DNA of 64,000 nucleotides from Malacoraja senta (taxonomy: Eukaryota), in assembly GCA_038087875.1 (NCBI GenBank), contig CM075987.1, positions 27,840,001 to 27,904,000 on the forward strand. The letters run 5' to 3'. Shown in pieces: positions 59,962-64,000 of the stretch. Below the pieces are notes generated by a model. That model was not told the DNA's origin and made no database searches. It saw only the letters and a list, made by a program, of their open reading frames with translations. Made by a program: the position numbers and the translations under genes. Numbering within the stretch: position 1 is the stretch's first letter; every line of letters starts with the position of its first letter.

Positions 59962-62900
59962 TATATATATGACTTGTGAATATGATTGTAATCATATATA
60001 ATTATGTATAATTATATAATTATATAATTATATAATTATAAAAATAATATAATGAATATAATTGTGCGTTTTTTTTCGAATGAGCCTGCCGCAGTGTGCA
60101 GAGTGGGGGTCACGGCTAAAGTGGGACTGGGGCAGTGCCAGGCTGGGGGAAGGCTAAGGCATCTTCCACTGACAGGAAAATGCCTAACCCTAACCCTAAC
60201 CCGCCCCCCTTCCAGAGCTGCCAACGGCTGGAACTGGAGCCGCTTTGGGACCGGCTGCGGGCTCCGTACGTGTGGCCCCACAGCGCGTCCACCTCGGCCA
60301 GCATGCCATTCTGGTGGTGATGATGGTGGGGAGCAGCACTGCCCTGCACGACGCCCGGGCTGCCTTCAGCACCCCCAACGCTCACCACCCACCGGAGGCC
60401 CAGCCCGACCCAATGCTCACCACCCGCCGGAGGCCCGACGGCCCGACCGATCCTCCACAGCATCCATCGACCTACCGACAAACCCGACCAACAGACTGAC
60501 CGACTGACTGACTGACCCTAATCCTAACCCTAGCTCTACATTTGTTATTTATCATTTTTATTTAACAGTTCACATCATAACTTTATAAAGATAAATCAAT
60601 TGAAAAACAAAATTATCAGCAAGGGGAGCATTACCTTTATCCTTGGAAACCTTGCTATTGCTATTGATGTAATGAGGAGGCAGCCATGATCCCAGGGTCC
60701 TCGCTGCCTAGCGACCATAAAACAAAGCGCAGGATTGGTCAATTTGCGTCCGAACATAAAGTCAAACGTGCATTGATTGGCCAATTACTAAGAAAATTTG
60801 AGGTTTTTCTCATATTTCTTAAAAATGTGCAGGTTTTGTTCTTGATGAGTTTCAGGTATGATTTATATAATATTTTTACACAATATGTTAAAAATGTAGG
60901 TATTTCCGTGAGCTGGGTCACGAACCTGAACGAGAAAGCTCCTCGGCCCACAGCCTAAGGAGGGGTTGTCATATGAAGACCATTTAAGGATAACCCGCCA
61001 GCAATTCCTCTGTTTATTGCACTCAAGGAGAAACTAGAGAAGTAAATGAGGGCGAAAGTAACAACAGAGATATGGACAGGATTAGATAAAGTGCTTGGCG
61101 GGGGAGGGGCGGTGCAGGGAGGATCATGTAGCACTTAAACTCGGCACAACTTGTTGAAAGGAACGCAGAGTTTCTGAGCTGTAAATTCTGCATCTATTTG
61201 TACATGGAATACTTCAATTTGTACATGGATTACAAAATACAATATTAATTATTCTGAAGAAGGGTCTCGACCCAAAACGTCACCCATTCCTTTTATCCAG
61301 AGATGCTGACTGACCCGCTGAGTTACTCCAGCATTTTGTGTGTATTGCAGCTGCACATTGCAGAGTGAACAGTGACCCTTGCGTTCTGTGTAGAAGCAGG
61401 GATTCTGTCTCCGAGACACTCTGCTAACAGCGCGCCCGACTAGGTTGATCAGTACCTGCCAATTCCACACTCCCTCCTGAGTGAATCTCAAATTCACCAT
61501 GTAAATAAAAGCCTACCTTTTCTTTCCAACTGCAAGCTGGAATAGCGACCGAGGGTTTTTCCTCGAAGCAGTCTGGATCGCCTCTCCATTAGTTGAGACA
61601 AAAAGGTGCAGCCACGGTATGCAAAGGGCTAAACCACAAAATGCAGAGCCCTCCTGCCCAAGGCTGAAGTTGTGTTTCCAATGCTGATAACGCTGGTTTC
61701 CAACTAGTCAGGACACGTTTTTTCCAACGATCCTGCACCAGAATAATTCTGCCAGTTTCCTGGAATTACTCAAATCAAATTTATATAATTCCAAAATATT
61801 CCCATGTTTTTTGTTTTACTTCATGGTGCTGCATCATTTTTGCATCTGATTTGCCTGAGCTAATTCTGCCGCAAGATGCATCAGTTTCTCTCAACAACTG
61901 ATCACAAATAAAACCCAGCCTCTGTCTGCTGAGGAAAGGCTTGGATGAATGTCCCTTTAAAACAATCCACATTGCTGCAGCAACAATCCTAAATGGTGAC
62001 AGAGTTATAGAAACAGGCCCTTCAGCCCACCCAGGCTGAACCATGACTGCACTATCCCATCAACTCTGCCAGGTTCATTACATACCGGGGGCTGTTCACA
62101 GAGGCAATTCACTGCCCAGCCCGCACATCTGTGGGATGTGGGAGGAAACCGTAGCACCCGGAGGAAACCCACATTATCATAAGGTGAACATATAGACAGC
62201 ACCTGAACTGAAGTCAGGATTGAACCTGGGTCTGTGGAGCTGTGAAGCAGCAGCTCTACTAGCTGTACTACTGTGCCACTCCAAAGCTGCAGCACTGTTG
62301 GCCCTTGTTGCAGGATACTGGAGTACTGGAATCAAAACATCTTGCTGGAGATATACAGGGCTCTGGTGGGATACCGTGAGCCTGACCATGGCTCTGCAAC
62401 CAGGGGTCTGAAGGAGTGAATGGGATTAGTGATGCAGCAAGATATAGGTCAGTTGGACATCTGGACGGAGAATTTGCAGATGAAGTTTAATCCAAACAAT
62501 AATGAAGTGTTGAATTTAGGGGGTCAAATGCAAGAAGAGAGCATCTAATAAATGGCAGGTCACTCAGGAGCATCAATGGACAGGTGGTGCCAGTTTATAG
62601 CTCCCTGATAGTGGCAACACAAGTGGACACATTCTTGCCTTCAACCATCGAGTGTGAAAGTTGGCAAGTCATGTTGTAAATGTTTCACACTTTGGGAGTA
62701 TTGTCTTCAGTTCTGGTCACCTTGTGGAGGCTCTGGAGCAGGAGCAGAAGATGGTCATCAGGCTGTTTGTTGTCTGAATCGGGATATAACAGCTACAGGC
62801 AAATTTGTTGGACACATTTGGATTCTTTTCTCAGACGCTGAGGGGAGACATGATGGATCCATATAAAATGAAGAGAGGCATAGATAGGGTAGACAGTCAG

Positions 62901-64000
62901 AATCTTTGTTTCTGGGCTGGAAATGTCAAATACTACAGGGCATGGGTTTAAAGTGCAAGAGGGAAAGTTTAAAGGAGAATGGAAAGTTTAATGGGTTAAA
63001 GTTTAAAGACTGTTTTTTTACAGGATGAACAATGTGCCTGGAGCGTGCTGCTGGGACAGGTACAATAGTGAATGAAGATAGACACAAGGAGTAAAGCTGG
63101 AATAACTTCCTACACAGATACAATAGTGATATTCACCGACTGCCAGATGGAACAGGCAAGGAATCGACAGATGTGGCCCTGGTGCACACAGGTGTTCATG
63201 GTTGGTGCAGGCAGGGAATGTTTCACACCGCTTTCCACTTCCAATGTTTATTTAAATCATGTATAATATTCTACAGCTTCCACCTTCCCTCCAGGCAGTG
63301 CAGTCACATCAGGACCGTCCACTTACTGAGGTAACTTTCCTTTGTCACTGACTGGATCATAAACTGAAATTGATATCTGGAGCTGTTTTTTTAATTTGGA
63401 CTGTTTTTTTCGACAGGAACAAGCACCAAGCTTCTCACAGGTCGGGATGGTTGGAACTAGGCGTAGGCATTGGCGTTTGGAGTCAGAGGGAATCATTTGG
63501 AGTGTTGTGTGTAGTTCTGGTCACCACACTGTGGGAAGGATGTGGAGCCACTTCTCCTAATATCCAACACACCATTGCTCTGTGGACCACAGCTTATTGC
63601 AACATGCACTGTGTAGATTTATCATTCTCAGACCCTGATGTTATGTTGTAGTATATTGCGTTTGTAACCCATTTAAAATGTTAATATTGTACACAAGGGA
63701 CAAAATAACATGCTTCCTGCCAGGTATCAGATTGAGAGAGATATAAAGAGAGCGTATGGTTGACAGAAACCATTGATAATCAACCCCTGAACTGATCTGA
63801 AATGCTTTGTGTATTATTATCGTGGGCTGCAGATGGCCTGATAGTACCTCAATAACTAGTGATGGATCTCAACAACCCACCCAACAAGAAATGCCATTGT
63901 TTGGGATGGCCACTGCAAACCGCAGCCACTCTATGATCGGTTCTCAAAAACTATCTGCAGCATTTATTCAATCAACGACTGGTGTAGATTGTTGCAATTT

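Larger units (their letters stand above)
58075..60956. mobile_element. Non-autonomous TIR DNA element hosting the Tc1
   Basis: Inverted termini AGGCTGTGGGCCGAG (58075-58089) and CTCGGCCCACAGCCT (60942-60956), with inverted subterminal TTCGTGACCCA; no clear TSD. Confidence 0.6.

Noticed and set aside
60183..60202. Interstitial telomere or chromosome fusion site
   Set aside because: Only about 3 CCCTAA units, inside a transposon-like element.

Overview
Eukaryotic, repeat-rich vertebrate DNA. The HE1-type tRNA-derived SINEs, CR1 LINEs and Penelope-derived repeats point to a cartilaginous fish, probably a skate or ray (inference). Four protein-coding genes are supported: BSPRY (+, five coding exons with GT-AG junctions and matching phases; the B-box first exon was not found), HDHD3 (-, single coding exon), an intronless IER3/IEX-1-like gene (-) and TOR4A (-, single coding exon). 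The rest is mostly transposon-derived: CR1, Rex1/Babar-like and RTE LINEs, Penelope-like elements, Helitrons, a nearly intact Tc1 nested in another TIR element, and SINEs. Main findings: (1) the IER3-like protein and the neighbouring TOR4A N-terminus share a gapless 34-residue basic-VLYP-TM module, suggesting IER3 and TOR4A are related within the MHC paralogon; (2) the most abundant short repeat carries a minimal hammerhead-ribozyme motif, and one copy can form a full helix I; (3) a possible spliced 87-codon upstream ORF with a perfect Kozak context precedes HDHD3; (4) a LINE tail supplies the C-terminus and stop codon of the IER3-like ORF; (5) there are several nested insertions and long inverted duplications. 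Gene identities rest on recalled family sequences; no database search was run.
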